In this document: one piece after another, positions 28,773 to 39,714 of the stretch | Numbering within the stretch: position 1 is the stretch's first letter | Layout of the letters: each line of letters begins with the position of its first letter | Sequence record: NC_041906.1 | Strand: one strand, 5' to 3' | Length of the DNA stretch: 64,000 nt | DNA from: Escherichia phage EC1-UPM | The notes under the pieces: generated by a model | The model's input: only the letters and a program-made list of their open reading frames with translations | Database searches by the model: none | Told to the model about the DNA's origin: nothing | Translations under genes and position numbers: made by a program

Positions 28773-31700
28773 TTAGTTAGTAAGGTTGAGCCAAGGGTTC
28801 AGGTTATGGGCACGTAAGCCTTGACCGAAACCGAAGGAGTAACCGAGGTTGCCTTGTGCAGCAATACTAAAGATGTTGTCCTGAATAGGTAAACCAACGT
28901 TACCAAACATGGTAGGGGTTGGAGCCAACATAGCCATAGCTGCATGAACCGGGTTATTACGAATCATGGACACTGCAACTTTTGCAGAACGAATCTTAAA
29001 GTTGTAGAACCACATCAGACCAACACTTTCCATATACCCACGGAAGCGACCTGGTAAACGATCATAGTTAATGAACTCTTCCGTTACACGTCCTAGTGCT
29101 TCTTCACGGGTCTTACCTTTACGCTGGGTCAGTTCATCATAGATGATTGCTTTAGCAATGAAGTCAGAGTACTCAACCGTCTTCTGGATACCCTGGAAGA
29201 GAGCAGTATCCTTAGTGATAAGTGCATAACGACCAGCATTACGTACAGACTTAGGCAACTTATCAGCCAGCTTATCCATGTATTCGTGAAGTTTACCTTC
29301 AGTAATCAGGATATCATCACGACCAATACCAGCATCTGCAATTGAAGAGAACTCACCAGCTTCCAGTAGAGGCCAGATACTCAAACGCTTGTGACTATCC
29401 GTGATGGACTGAATCTCAGCCTTCAGCTTACGAATCTGGTTCGGGTTAGTAGCTGCACGTAATTCTGCTTCTGCATCTACCTGACGCAGGCGAGATTTCA
29501 GGTACTGGTTAATCTCAGCAGTCTTCTGTGGAATGCTCTTAGCAATGTTCTTAACAGGTACACCACGAGCAACCATCTGGTAAAGGTTAGCCAGGAAGTT
29601 AACAGCAGGTACGACTACTGACTTAACTACAATCAGGGTCTTAGCTTCTTTAACTAAGTTCTGAACCAGGTTCTCACCACCCATTACATACTTATAGGCA
29701 CGGTTACCGAATACACCCAGCATAGCTTTCTTGAAGGTATCCAGTGTTTCTGGTGACCAACGAGAATTACCAGACCAGGCATCACCAACAGAAGCTGCAC
29801 GATACCCTAAAGCATCATTAAGCATGTCACGACGTACCCACAATTCACCAGGACCAAACAGACTTTCTGCTTTCCGACGGGTTTCACTGTTCATCAGTTT
29901 AAGAGCATCGGCAGTTACTGGGTCCAGTTTAGAATCAAAAAGGTTCACGTACTGGAACTTATTAGAGGCAGACATCTTAAGGTCATTCTCATACATGCTA
30001 TGCAGGTTCTCAATCAGCATATCGTTGAAACGCTGAGCCTTAGCTTCTTCCACCTGACGCCCACGCCATACACCGATTGCACGAGCAAGATGGTTATCAC
30101 CTTCAATGTGCTTCAGCATGTTGGGGTCAATGGATTGCTCGTAAGCAACCACATTACCATTGGCATCATATACAGGCAGCAGTGGTTCATTACCACGTTC
30201 ACCACGAGCCAGTGCTTTAGTAATACGGTCTACAGAAGGCTTGTCAGTGATACGACCTGCTACCATGGTTCCCATCGTAAAGCCTGTTCCGAGGTCTGCA
30301 CCGCCAGCAGTATTGCGAACGTTCTGCAGGATACCCTGAGAGAATGGAGCCTGTGCCTGTACTGGTGCGAAGTAGTAACTGCGTGCTGAACCACGGTTAG
30401 CAGAACTACCCTGATAAGTACCAAGACGTACATAGGACTTCTCAATCAAATCAGCAAACTGACTATCTTCAGCAACAATCAGGTTAACACCTTGTTTGTT
30501 CTCACTAGGGATATACCCTTTGTACTGGTTCAAGGTTGCACGGCTATCAGACTTAGCTTTAGCCATTTCATCTTTACGCTGACCAACCAGGTAAGAAGTA
30601 GCAAAGTCCATGCCTTCAATTTCTGTCTGAGCCAGTGAAGATAACATCTCACGGTCAGTCTTATTCATTGCTTCCAGTGCATACAGGGTAATCAGTTTAT
30701 CCAGCTGAGCTACATCTACGATAGAACTGGTAGTCTTACGTTCACCCAGCAAACGAGAAATTGCTGTAGCATTACGCAGCAGGTTATTACCAACTGTACC
30801 GTTAATCATGTATTGAGCCAGTTGCTTAGATTTACGGCTAATCAGAGGCCAGTTACGTCCGGCTTGCTTCTGCAAATCTGCTTCAAGTTTATTAACCTCA
30901 CGGTCAACAATCTTCTGGTCAGTCAGTAAGTCACGGATTTCATCCAGAGGCATAGTGTCGCGTAGAACAGCTAAGTCAGTTTTACCCATACCGGTATGCA
31001 TTGCTTTCCACTCATCATTAGTCAGTTTACGGCTGAATTTGGATGCAATAGTGGTAGGTAAATGTTCACGGAATTGCTGACGGTCTGCTTGTACCTGTGC
31101 ACGAACTGCCTTAATCAAATCGTATACAGAAGCATTGCTCTTAGTACGACCAATTATGTCATTAACCAGGTCATGGAATGGTTGCCATACTTTACCCTGG
31201 TTCATTGCAGCCATAACACCTTCAGCTACGATTGCACCATTCTTCTCTGTAGCAATAGCAGCTACCAATTGTGCAGCATGAGCAGCACCTTTAACCAACG
31301 GGTTCTTGGTATTAGCTGCAACTTCACGAGCACCTCCCAGAGCACGGGTAGACAGTACATCAATAGAATCCACCAGATACTGGTTAGCACGGTCAATAGC
31401 ATTGCCAGTAGGAGTAGCAACTGAATCATAGAAAGATTGTGCATTAAGGCTGGTCTGCATGATGGTCTGAGCCAGTGCATCCATACCTTCCTGTACGTTA
31501 GAGGCTTTAGTATCGCCTGCTACACGGGCATTCAGACTAGCCATTGCAGCAGTACCAATGTTAGTCAGCATTGCATCAACAGTATTGCCTGATTTCTTAT
31601 CTGCTTTCATAACAGGAATGTCAGCCAGTACCTTACGTACCTCTTCACTTACCATAGCCAGACCAACAAAGGTAGGTAATAAGGAAGAGCGACCTTGAGC

Positions 31701-34700
31701 ATCAAACTCAATGTTGTTAGCACCCATAATGGTATCGAACTTCTGCTGTGCATAATAACGGTCAGCAGGGTTAGTACTATCTGGGTCAGCCATGAATGCT
31801 TCGACGGTCAGGTTCTTAGTAACGTGTGTATAGTATTCCTGTGCACGAGCCATGGCAGCAGGATTAATAGCAGCCTCGGTAGCGAGTGCAGCAACAATGT
31901 TAGTGAAGAGACGTTGTTCCTGCATGTTCATGGTGAAGCCATGAGCCTGAACATCACGAGTTACTTTGGTTGCATTCACTACTGCATCAGAGAACTTACC
32001 TTTACGAATTACTTGCTGTACTGGTTCCGAACCAATGTAGTCAGTAATCAGTTTATCAAAGGTTTTCCCTAACTCTTCCAGACGAGTATTGTTACCGTAT
32101 GCTTTGTTATGGAACAGAGTAGTGTCTTTAGCTACAGCAGCAGTAGGAGCTTGTCCACGCATTACTACAGCAGAGTTAAACAGTAAACCTGAGAACATAT
32201 CATCTGCATTAGCAGGAGCTTTCTTACGACCAAATACCAGACGTTTGATTGCCTCATATACAGCCTGAACCATAGCCTTAAGTGCAGTGGTTTTCTTCTG
32301 CTTACTAATCAATTCTCGGTTGGTTAAACCCCAGGCCATGTACTCGTTCAATGCAGCAGCTTTAGCCATTGCTGGTTCAATGAAGCCATTAGACAAGTGA
32401 CCATTAATGGTATTAAGTGCATCAGCATATGCTTCACGTACTGCCGGAGATTCATCCTTAACATCCAGAGTACGGAACTGGTTCATCAGGTCTTCAATGT
32501 TCTGGACTGCTTCATTAGGAGTACCCTCGTAGTGAGCCAGTACAGATTCAAAAGTAGAAGCATGTACCAATTCATGAACCAGAGTCTCTAAGGAAGGGGT
32601 AACTAAGTAGATGGTTTTATCTTCAAAGTTAGTCCAGCCATATGCATTACCAGCTTCAGCAGCTTCAATATCTTCCGGTGCTGGGCGAGTAATATTCTTC
32701 TCAATGGCGTAGGCATCCAGTTGAGCAGGTGTACCGTAAACAACTTTATAGTCTTTAGCAGCAAGGGATTTCTGTATTTCTTTCAATACTGCTTGCTGTT
32801 CAGGAGACATCTCTTTAGCCAGTTTAGTAATGGCAGTATTAGACAGTAGACGTACACCAGATTTCAGTACACGACCAACCATCTCCATAGCAGGTACTTC
32901 AACCACTGGCACTTCCTTCACTGGTTCTACCTTCGTTGGTTCCGCTTTAGTAGCACGTACTGCTTCACGACGCTTGTTTAGTTCAGCATCAAACAGTTCG
33001 TTCAGCTTAGCTACTTGCTGGTCTACAGTAAGACCTTCCAAAGAAATTTTACCGTTGTTCACATAAGGAGCGCCTACAGCAGCCATCTGGTCAACAGTGA
33101 CCTGTACCTGGTCCATTACCTTGTGACGAATATCTACACCCAAAGCAATGTTACGCAGATTACGCTCAATCAATGCAATACCAGAATCTCTAATCATAGA
33201 AATTTTATAATCTCTATCACCATCTACTCTGGCAATATGAGCACGTTGCTCAAAGTCTAAAGCAGACTTCGCAATAGCATCTATTGCTGCATCGGATAAC
33301 TTATTTAAATCAACATTCTTAGCAAACTTAGAGAAAGACTCATATACATTCTTGATAGGGTTACCCTGCCAGGAAATATATACAGCCTCATTAGCTTTAC
33401 GGCTTGCATCAGTAATGTCATTGATACCAATGTTCATACCATCAAAGATTTTCAGGGTATTCTTCGGAGCACCTTTCATAGTAGAAAGGGTCTGCATCAT
33501 CATGCCATCACCAGTACCGATGGTCATAAATGGAATACCTGCTACACCTGCCTGCGAAGGAGCATAGATGCTCATTGGCACACGCATACGGTCATCTAAG
33601 TTGGTAGCCAGTACCTGGTTAGCAACATCAGTGTTTTCACTGCCAGCAATGTAGAAAGTCTGTGAGCCAGTCTTAATCATTGGAGCCAGAGGAGCTAAGC
33701 TATTCTGAATTTCATTCAGTTCTTTCTGTGTTAAGAAATCACCCTTCTTCCATGTTGGGTCTTTTTCTTTTTCTGCCAGCTTAGCCTGTACTGCTTGTTG
33801 GAACATATCCTGCAATACCAGAGATTGAATCTGAGTAGCCTTCTGCAAATTCTCAGTAGAGTGCATCAACCCCTCACCAACAGTGAACCGGATACCTTGT
33901 CTCATTGGCTCAACAAAGAAGTGCAGCATATTCTCTTGTAAGTTCTTCAGAGAATCCCCGGATACGGTAAACCCCTGGGGATTTAACTCACCAGTCAGAA
34001 CACCATCTACTTCCTTAATAAATAACCTACCTTTGCGTTTGGCTGGAATTTTGCCAGTCAATGCTTCCATAGAAGTAAGGAAGGTATCCAGCATAGCCTG
34101 AGCATCAGCCTCAGACGCAGCCTCCTTACCAAACATCGCCATAGCCGGAGAAATGCTAGGGTCAGCAGCACGTGCTTTCAGAACATCGCTTAGGCGTTCA
34201 TAAATGGAATCAGTAATTGCACTTACCATTTTGCCAGCAATACCACGAGCACCAGAACCATAGATGGTAATGGTCAGTGGGTTTTTGGCGATACCACGTT
34301 TCAGGTCCAGAGTACCATCTTCATTCAAGTTAAAATCTTTGATGAACAAATCCATTAACTTCTGGAGATGGTCTATCTGGTTTATAACAGAAATATCCTT
34401 ACTATAAGCATTGCGTAATTCATTTAGATAGAATTGCAGACTATTAGTAGATGCTTCATACAGGTCAACATCGTCTTCCTGAGTATGATGCTCATTCATA
34501 GTCTTACCAGCTTTACCAAAGAACAAACCACCTTTAGCAGTATTCTTAATCCAGTTTGAAGTGAACTTACCTCCAGTCATTAATACCATTGCGTTGATTG
34601 GACCGTTGGTTACACCATCAGCTTCAACGTACAAAGGAGTATTAAAGTTGGCACGGTCATCACTGTTCAGGTAACGGGCATATTCCATAAGAGCCATGAG

Positions 34701-37700
34701 AGCTACAAAGGATTTATCATTACCAAGAGATGTTCTCAGGATATCCACTGCATCAGTTGGTAAGTATCCAGACTTATCAAACTCAACCATCATATCTACA
34801 GCAGGCTTCAGCTTACCTTCCAGAGCTTTGGTAAGTTCTTCTGACATAGTTTCACGGGTCATTTTATGAACTTTGATACCCAATGCCTGAGCCAGTCCAA
34901 GCTGGAAGCCTGAAAAATCTTCGTTGTTCTGGTTCGATAAATCCAGGGTAGCTTTGGTAGGTAAGATAGCCTCACGAACCAGCTTAGCTGATTGGGGGGT
35001 ATATTTACCTAACATCTGCATACGACCAACACGGGTCATATTGTAAGCATAGTGGATAGGTACAGAAGAAATGTCTTTACTCTGTGCTCTTACCTGTTCA
35101 ATAACAGAGAACAATTGGTTATAAGAGTCTTCTACTGAACGGTTCTTACCTTCCAGCGATTTAGCGTGGTTCTCGTTAAGTAATTCTTTATTCAGAGTAC
35201 CAGCACCCATCAGTTCGAGGATACGGTCTTTACCTAATGCCTCATAGAACTGAACCATTGGGGTATGTACAAAGAACTCTGTATCCTGTTCTGCTTTAAG
35301 AGCAGCTTTCTGTTCTGGAGTATTACGAACAGCAGGGTTACGTAACTGTGTATGAGCCACGGAAGGAATATCATCACCCAGATACAATTTCTCTGCTGGT
35401 TCTAAGAGTACAGCCTCCTCGATAGCAGTAGGATAATTATTAATTGCATCATTATCTTCTAACTTATCAATGGTATACAGACCAATCGTCTTATTGGATT
35501 CTGGGTCAATCTCAGACACATCCAGCATAGACTCTTTAACTTCACCCATCTCAATGAAAGAAGACAGAATCTCTGTAGCCATTGCCACTGGGATACCCTT
35601 GGTATAACCAAGTGGTGCATCGGCATTACGGTTAAGCCCCCAGTAAGACTCAATCTTTTGAGCCAGTGAGTTAGTAGCTTCAACCAGGGTCTGAGCATTC
35701 TCGAAGTCAGCCAGAATACCTTCTGGTAACAAAGACTCATTTACACCAGTAATAGCAGCTACGTCTTTCATGTCTTTAATGGCAGCATTCTGTGTAGCAG
35801 TAAGTCGCCATTGCAGACCAGCAAGTACAGCAGTCTCTAACAACTGGTCATTGAACTTAAAGGTATCACCATCTTTTTCTACGATGTTAAGTAACTTACC
35901 ACCCACCCAACGGTTAGCCTCAGTCCCTTCTGCAAAACGTTTACCAACGTTCTTGTTAGCAAGGAACTTAGCCAGACGGTCAGACAGGGTAGTCTTCAGA
36001 GTTTCACCGAAATCAAATAAGTCCTGATAACGCTTAATCACATCACTTGTGAGAGCGTTATTTTCTTTTTGAGTGAATGCTTCAAAGCGAGCAACGGAAG
36101 ACAATGCTTTCTTAACATCAGTCAAAGGAGACTCGGAACCAATGGTACGAGACTTAGGTTCTTCTGGTAGAGAAAATGCTTTAAGGAACTGGTTCGGTGT
36201 CTTGTCATTGTTATAGACAGGGAACACTGTTTCCATTTGAGATAGAGGTTTACCACCAACGGTATAGTCTGCTTTCAGTTGAGCCAGAGATACTTCTTCC
36301 TTCTCAACGTTATTAGTGTTACGCCCAGACGTATCTACACCAACCTGAATCAGTGCATTGTTTGCTTCTACAAATGATTGAACAGTATTAAATTGTTCAG
36401 GAGTTAGTTTCTGATTATCAAATAGTTGTAAAGATACAAATGGTTGTTCACTGCCTTTGTAGAAGGTAGAGCGAATAGCACCAGTATCTAGTGACATATC
36501 TCGATAACCATCGTGTCCAAATACATCAGACAGACTGATGTGGTCGCCATTGGAACCAACAACAGTACCATCAGCAAATAACCATGGACTCTCCCTACGA
36601 TCACCATACTTATTAAGAGTATCTTGAGAAATGGTATTCTCTTTTACATAAGCATCCTGTTCAGATTCAGTAGGTTGCTCGATGGTATCCTCATTAGTGA
36701 GGGTAGCATCCTGTTTTTCAGACTGATTCTCAGGTTCTTTTACAGGCTGTGGTTTAGACTCTTTAGTAGTGGGTTCTGTTTTAACAGCTTCACTAACAGA
36801 GGGTTTAGTCTGTACAGTAGGGGTAACTGGTTCCTGTTTTGTAACAGGAGTTTCATCAACCTGATTCACTGGTTCACTAGTCTGTTGGGATTGAGCAGCA
36901 TCAAGATTGCCCTGACGGAACTCTTTAACTACCTGGGCAGCAGGCTTGTCTAGACGTGAATCCAATGGGGTAACTTTAACATGAGAAACATTAAGCTCCG
37001 GGTAAGCCGTAGCAAGTGCGTTAGCAATATCAGCTACGGTCTTGGCTTCCAGTCCTACTTGCTGGGCAAACTTAACCGACTTGGTATCATACGGATTGAC
37101 ACCGAGGCCAGTACGACTACGTACCCATTCACGCGAAGGAGTAAGAGCCTGATAATGGACAGACTTATTCTTATCCGCATTCCCAGAAATCAGATGCTCA
37201 TTCAACGCTCCGACCTTATTCTGCATGTGCTGGGCGAACTTCATAAAGTCGTCGAGATAAGCGGAAGCCAAATCGAAGTTACCAGAGTTGTACGCAGAAC
37301 GAATGCGTTTAGCATGTTGCAACGCAGAGTACTGGCCTTCATTAGAACGAGACTCGTCGGTTTTAATTTGTTTACTAACAATGTCCTGAGGACGTAAGCC
37401 TAGTTCTTCTGCTTTAGCGTCAAATTCTCGTGCTCCTTGCAATAGAGCAGCAGCAGATTGCAGGGCAGCACGCTGACGATTCCCTAGCGTAATCTTACCT
37501 TCACTTGCATGTTTCAGAACCATGTTCACTGAGTCTGCATCCAGTACTTCTGGAGACATATCAGCAGCCATAGCAATGTTGTTTGCCTGGGCTTGGTTAG
37601 CTTCTTCAGTAGCCTTCAGTTTACCTGCTTCAGCCTGTTCCTGAATCATGGAATGAATAGCACGGAATGCACGGAGTACCTTCGGTGTATTCTGAACGTT

Positions 37701-39629
37701 AGCCATCAGGCCAGAGAACTGGTCTACGATTGCAGCAGCAGGAGAACCTTGTTCCAGATTAGCCAGAGCACCTGGGTCACGGTTAATGAAGCTATCCATA
37801 GACATGATGTTGTCATACATCTGGATTGCAGCTTCCATTTGAACGTTAGGGTCTTCAGCAGTATTAACCAGGTCAGCCATTTTCTGAATAGCTTCAACAC
37901 GGTTAGTGGAACCAGAAACAGCTTCACGGATTGCAGGACTAGCTTGTTCTAGTTCTACTGGGTCAAACTTCATTGCCTGAGTTAAGTCAGCAGCATACTG
38001 AGTAGCAGCAGCTTTCTCTTCAGGAGAAATATCCATTGCATCTACTGCTTCCTGAACAGTTGCTTGTGCTTGTTCTGCCTGAGCAGTAGCTTCTTGTGCA
38101 GCAGCGTTAACTGTAGCGTCTGATACGGGAGATGCTTGTTCATTACGCTTAGCTACTTCTTCCCCACGTTGAACCAGAATGTTAGTAATAGGAGAAGCTA
38201 CTTTTGCTAGTGCCTTACCAGCCAGAGAAGCACCAGCCAGGGTAGTACGTACAGCAGGACCAACGGCAGCACCAGCAGCCTTAACAGTTGCACCAGGAGC
38301 TTGAGCAACTCCAGCAGAACCAAAGCCATACAACGCACCAAGACCAGTTTGTTCACCCACACCTTTAAGCAATTCACGATTAGCATCTACATTACCTTGA
38401 ATTGCTTTGTTCTGTGCAAACTGACTTGTACCAGACTGGATACCTTCTTCCACAGTTTCACGGAGCATGTTAGAACCAGCACCGGCCAGTGAACCTACCT
38501 TGAGTGGGTTAAGTTCAAACTTAGATACCAGTGGACCAGTAATAGCAGCAACCGGAGCAGTTAAGCCAGCAGCAGTGATACCTGTTTCAGATGCAGTCTG
38601 ACGTCGTGCCTCTTCAGGAGTTAAGCCGTCTTTAATATGCTGTTGGTATACTGGGGATTTAGCAGCCAGTTCACTGAATGGCATTTCCATAATTTCATTG
38701 GCAGTCTGTTGGTATGCACCACCAGCTTCCATACCACCAATTGCTATAGCAGGTGCAGCAACACGACCAGTAGCTAATGCAGTACGTGCAGGACGTGAAC
38801 CTAATTCAGCAGCTAAGGTAATACCCTTAACAGCTTTATCTCCACCTACCATTACTTTACCTAGTGCAGATACACCACGAATTAATGGGCCACCGGTAAA
38901 GAGAGAACCAACACCCTCAGCCAGACCATCTGTAGCAGCCATGCCATTAGATAAGGTGTTAGCAACAGAATCATAAGCATCACGACCGATACGAGACAGG
39001 GAAGCAACGAGTTCACTTTCTCCTTTATCAATATCCTGCTTATAGAGTTTCTCATTTTCCTGTGCAGATATTACGTTCTGGTTCTGTACTACATTACGAC
39101 GAGCATTCAATGCATCAGACTGTAGGTTGTGTACACCTTTATTCAACCAGTCAAGACCGGAAGCAATGGATGCCCCGGCATTATCATTGACCAAGCCTGT
39201 GCCAAGAGCAGCAATGCCCCCGAGGGTATTAGCAACACCAAGACCAACACCAGAAAGGGTATCACCAAGTGCTTCACCATATGTACGACTCTTAGTTAAA
39301 TCACGACGAACAGCATTAGCTGCATTGACACGAGCATTGAGAATATCCATTCCTTGCTCATTGCCATATTTATTTATGATTTCGAGAGGAGAGGCATTAG
39401 TAAAATCTGCCTGAATAGAACCTGGGTCAAATGCACCAGCACCTAAGTTACCAGCACGACCTGCCTGTAATTGGTAAGCGTTCTGTGGAGTTAATTGGAA
39501 AGGGTTTTGCCCTTGTTCAGCTTGTTTCCGAGAGGTTGCAGTAGAGACATCGACTTGCTTAGCAGTAGTGATGCTGTCTGCGAAACCTGCCAGACGGTCA
39601 AATGTTGACATAGCATGATTCCTGTTCAA
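28773..39629 (-). CDS. virion-encapsidated RNA polymerase (N4 gp50-like giant vRNAP)
   Basis: 3618-aa ORF; contains T7-like single-subunit RNAP motif A (EADGVTNGPINAM, cf. T7 DGSCSGIQHFSAM) and motif B (RGIAKNPLTITIYGSG = RxxxKxxxxxxxYG); size and position match the N4 virion RNAP. Confidence 0.85.
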   Translation of the reverse strand: MNRNHAMSTFDRLAGFADSITTAKQVDVSTATSRKQAEQGQNPFQLTPQNAYQLQAGRAGNLGAGAFDPGSIQADFTNASPLEIINKYGNEQGMDILNARVNAANAVRRDLTKSRTYGEALGDTLSGVGLGVANTLGGIAALGTGLVNDNAGASIASGLDWLNKGVHNLQSDALNARRNVVQNQNVISAQENEKLYKQDIDKGESELVASLSRIGRDAYDSVANTLSNGMAATDGLAEGVGSLFTGGPLIRGVSALGKVMVGGDKAVKGITLAAELGSRPARTALATGRVAAPAIAIGGMEAGGAYQQTANEIMEMPFSELAAKSPVYQQHIKDGLTPEEARRQTASETGITAAGLTAPVAAITGPLVSKFELNPLKVGSLAGAGSNMLRETVEEGIQSGTSQFAQNKAIQGNVDANRELLKGVGEQTGLGALYGFGSAGVAQAPGATVKAAGAAVGPAVRTTLAGASLAGKALAKVASPITNILVQRGEEVAKRNEQASPVSDATVNAAAQEATAQAEQAQATVQEAVDAMDISPEEKAAATQYAADLTQAMKFDPVELEQASPAIREAVSGSTNRVEAIQKMADLVNTAEDPNVQMEAAIQMYDNIMSMDSFINRDPGALANLEQGSPAAAIVDQFSGLMANVQNTPKVLRAFRAIHSMIQEQAEAGKLKATEEANQAQANNIAMAADMSPEVLDADSVNMVLKHASEGKITLGNRQRAALQSAAALLQGAREFDAKAEELGLRPQDIVSKQIKTDESRSNEGQYSALQHAKRIRSAYNSGNFDLASAYLDDFMKFAQHMQNKVGALNEHLISGNADKNKSVHYQALTPSREWVRSRTGLGVNPYDTKSVKFAQQVGLEAKTVADIANALATAYPELNVSHVKVTPLDSRLDKPAAQVVKEFRQGNLDAAQSQQTSEPVNQVDETPVTKQEPVTPTVQTKPSVSEAVKTEPTTKESKPQPVKEPENQSEKQDATLTNEDTIEQPTESEQDAYVKENTISQDTLNKYGDRRESPWLFADGTVVGSNGDHISLSDVFGHDGYRDMSLDTGAIRSTFYKGSEQPFVSLQLFDNQKLTPEQFNTVQSFVEANNALIQVGVDTSGRNTNNVEKEEVSLAQLKADYTVGGKPLSQMETVFPVYNNDKTPNQFLKAFSLPEEPKSRTIGSESPLTDVKKALSSVARFEAFTQKENNALTSDVIKRYQDLFDFGETLKTTLSDRLAKFLANKNVGKRFAEGTEANRWVGGKLLNIVEKDGDTFKFNDQLLETAVLAGLQWRLTATQNAAIKDMKDVAAITGVNESLLPEGILADFENAQTLVEATNSLAQKIESYWGLNRNADAPLGYTKGIPVAMATEILSSFIEMGEVKESMLDVSEIDPESNKTIGLYTIDKLEDNDAINNYPTAIEEAVLLEPAEKLYLGDDIPSVAHTQLRNPAVRNTPEQKAALKAEQDTEFFVHTPMVQFYEALGKDRILELMGAGTLNKELLNENHAKSLEGKNRSVEDSYNQLFSVIEQVRAQSKDISSVPIHYAYNMTRVGRMQMLGKYTPQSAKLVREAILPTKATLDLSNQNNEDFSGFQLGLAQALGIKVHKMTRETMSEELTKALEGKLKPAVDMMVEFDKSGYLPTDAVDILRTSLGNDKSFVALMALMEYARYLNSDDRANFNTPLYVEADGVTNGPINAMVLMTGGKFTSNWIKNTAKGGLFFGKAGKTMNEHHTQEDDVDLYEASTNSLQFYLNELRNAYSKDISVINQIDHLQKLMDLFIKDFNLNEDGTLDLKRGIAKNPLTITIYGSGARGIAGKMVSAITDSIYERLSDVLKARAADPSISPAMAMFGKEAASEADAQAMLDTFLTSMEALTGKIPAKRKGRLFIKEVDGVLTGELNPQGFTVSGDSLKNLQENMLHFFVEPMRQGIRFTVGEGLMHSTENLQKATQIQSLVLQDMFQQAVQAKLAEKEKDPTWKKGDFLTQKELNEIQNSLAPLAPMIKTGSQTFYIAGSENTDVANQVLATNLDDRMRVPMSIYAPSQAGVAGIPFMTIGTGDGMMMQTLSTMKGAPKNTLKIFDGMNIGINDITDASRKANEAVYISWQGNPIKNVYESFSKFAKNVDLNKLSDAAIDAIAKSALDFEQRAHIARVDGDRDYKISMIRDSGIALIERNLRNIALGVDIRHKVMDQVQVTVDQMAAVGAPYVNNGKISLEGLTVDQQVAKLNELFDAELNKRREAVRATKAEPTKVEPVKEVPVVEVPAMEMVGRVLKSGVRLLSNTAITKLAKEMSPEQQAVLKEIQKSLAAKDYKVVYGTPAQLDAYAIEKNITRPAPEDIEAAEAGNAYGWTNFEDKTIYLVTPSLETLVHELVHASTFESVLAHYEGTPNEAVQNIEDLMNQFRTLDVKDESPAVREAYADALNTINGHLSNGFIEPAMAKAAALNEYMAWGLTNRELISKQKKTTALKAMVQAVYEAIKRLVFGRKKAPANADDMFSGLLFNSAVVMRGQAPTAAVAKDTTLFHNKAYGNNTRLEELGKTFDKLITDYIGSEPVQQVIRKGKFSDAVVNATKVTRDVQAHGFTMNMQEQRLFTNIVAALATEAAINPAAMARAQEYYTHVTKNLTVEAFMADPDSTNPADRYYAQQKFDTIMGANNIEFDAQGRSSLLPTFVGLAMVSEEVRKVLADIPVMKADKKSGNTVDAMLTNIGTAAMASLNARVAGDTKASNVQEGMDALAQTIMQTSLNAQSFYDSVATPTGNAIDRANQYLVDSIDVLSTRALGGAREVAANTKNPLVKGAAHAAQLVAAIATEKNGAIVAEGVMAAMNQGKVWQPFHDLVNDIIGRTKSNASVYDLIKAVRAQVQADRQQFREHLPTTIASKFSRKLTNDEWKAMHTGMGKTDLAVLRDTMPLDEIRDLLTDQKIVDREVNKLEADLQKQAGRNWPLISRKSKQLAQYMINGTVGNNLLRNATAISRLLGERKTTSSIVDVAQLDKLITLYALEAMNKTDREMLSSLAQTEIEGMDFATSYLVGQRKDEMAKAKSDSRATLNQYKGYIPSENKQGVNLIVAEDSQFADLIEKSYVRLGTYQGSSANRGSARSYYFAPVQAQAPFSQGILQNVRNTAGGADLGTGFTMGTMVAGRITDKPSVDRITKALARGERGNEPLLPVYDANGNVVAYEQSIDPNMLKHIEGDNHLARAIGVWRGRQVEEAKAQRFNDMLIENLHSMYENDLKMSASNKFQYVNLFDSKLDPVTADALKLMNSETRRKAESLFGPGELWVRRDMLNDALGYRAASVGDAWSGNSRWSPETLDTFKKAMLGVFGNRAYKYVMGGENLVQNLVKEAKTLIVVKSVVVPAVNFLANLYQMVARGVPVKNIAKSIPQKTAEINQYLKSRLRQVDAEAELRAATNPNQIRKLKAEIQSITDSHKRLSIWPLLEAGEFSSIADAGIGRDDILITEGKLHEYMDKLADKLPKSVRNAGRYALITKDTALFQGIQKTVEYSDFIAKAIIYDELTQRKGKTREEALGRVTEEFINYDRLPGRFRGYMESVGLMWFYNFKIRSAKVAVSMIRNNPVHAAMAMLAPTPTMFGNVGLPIQDNIFSIAAQGNLGYSFGFGQGLRAHNLNPWLNLTN

Positions 39630-39714
39630 ACTTATATCGTATAAGAAGATTCACTGTACAGTAAGTGAATGTAAGAGAAAAGCCCCGGATGGGGCTTTAT
39701 TAGTATGTAAGATT

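Noticed and set aside
29731-39414. Numerous 60-140 aa ORFs on the + strand inside the vRNAP gene (e.g. 29731-30036, 31062-31424, 36981-37397)
   Set aside because: All lie antisense to a single uninterrupted 3618-aa ORF with recognisable polymerase motifs; they are low-complexity and lack ribosome-binding sites, so they are frame-shadow artefacts.
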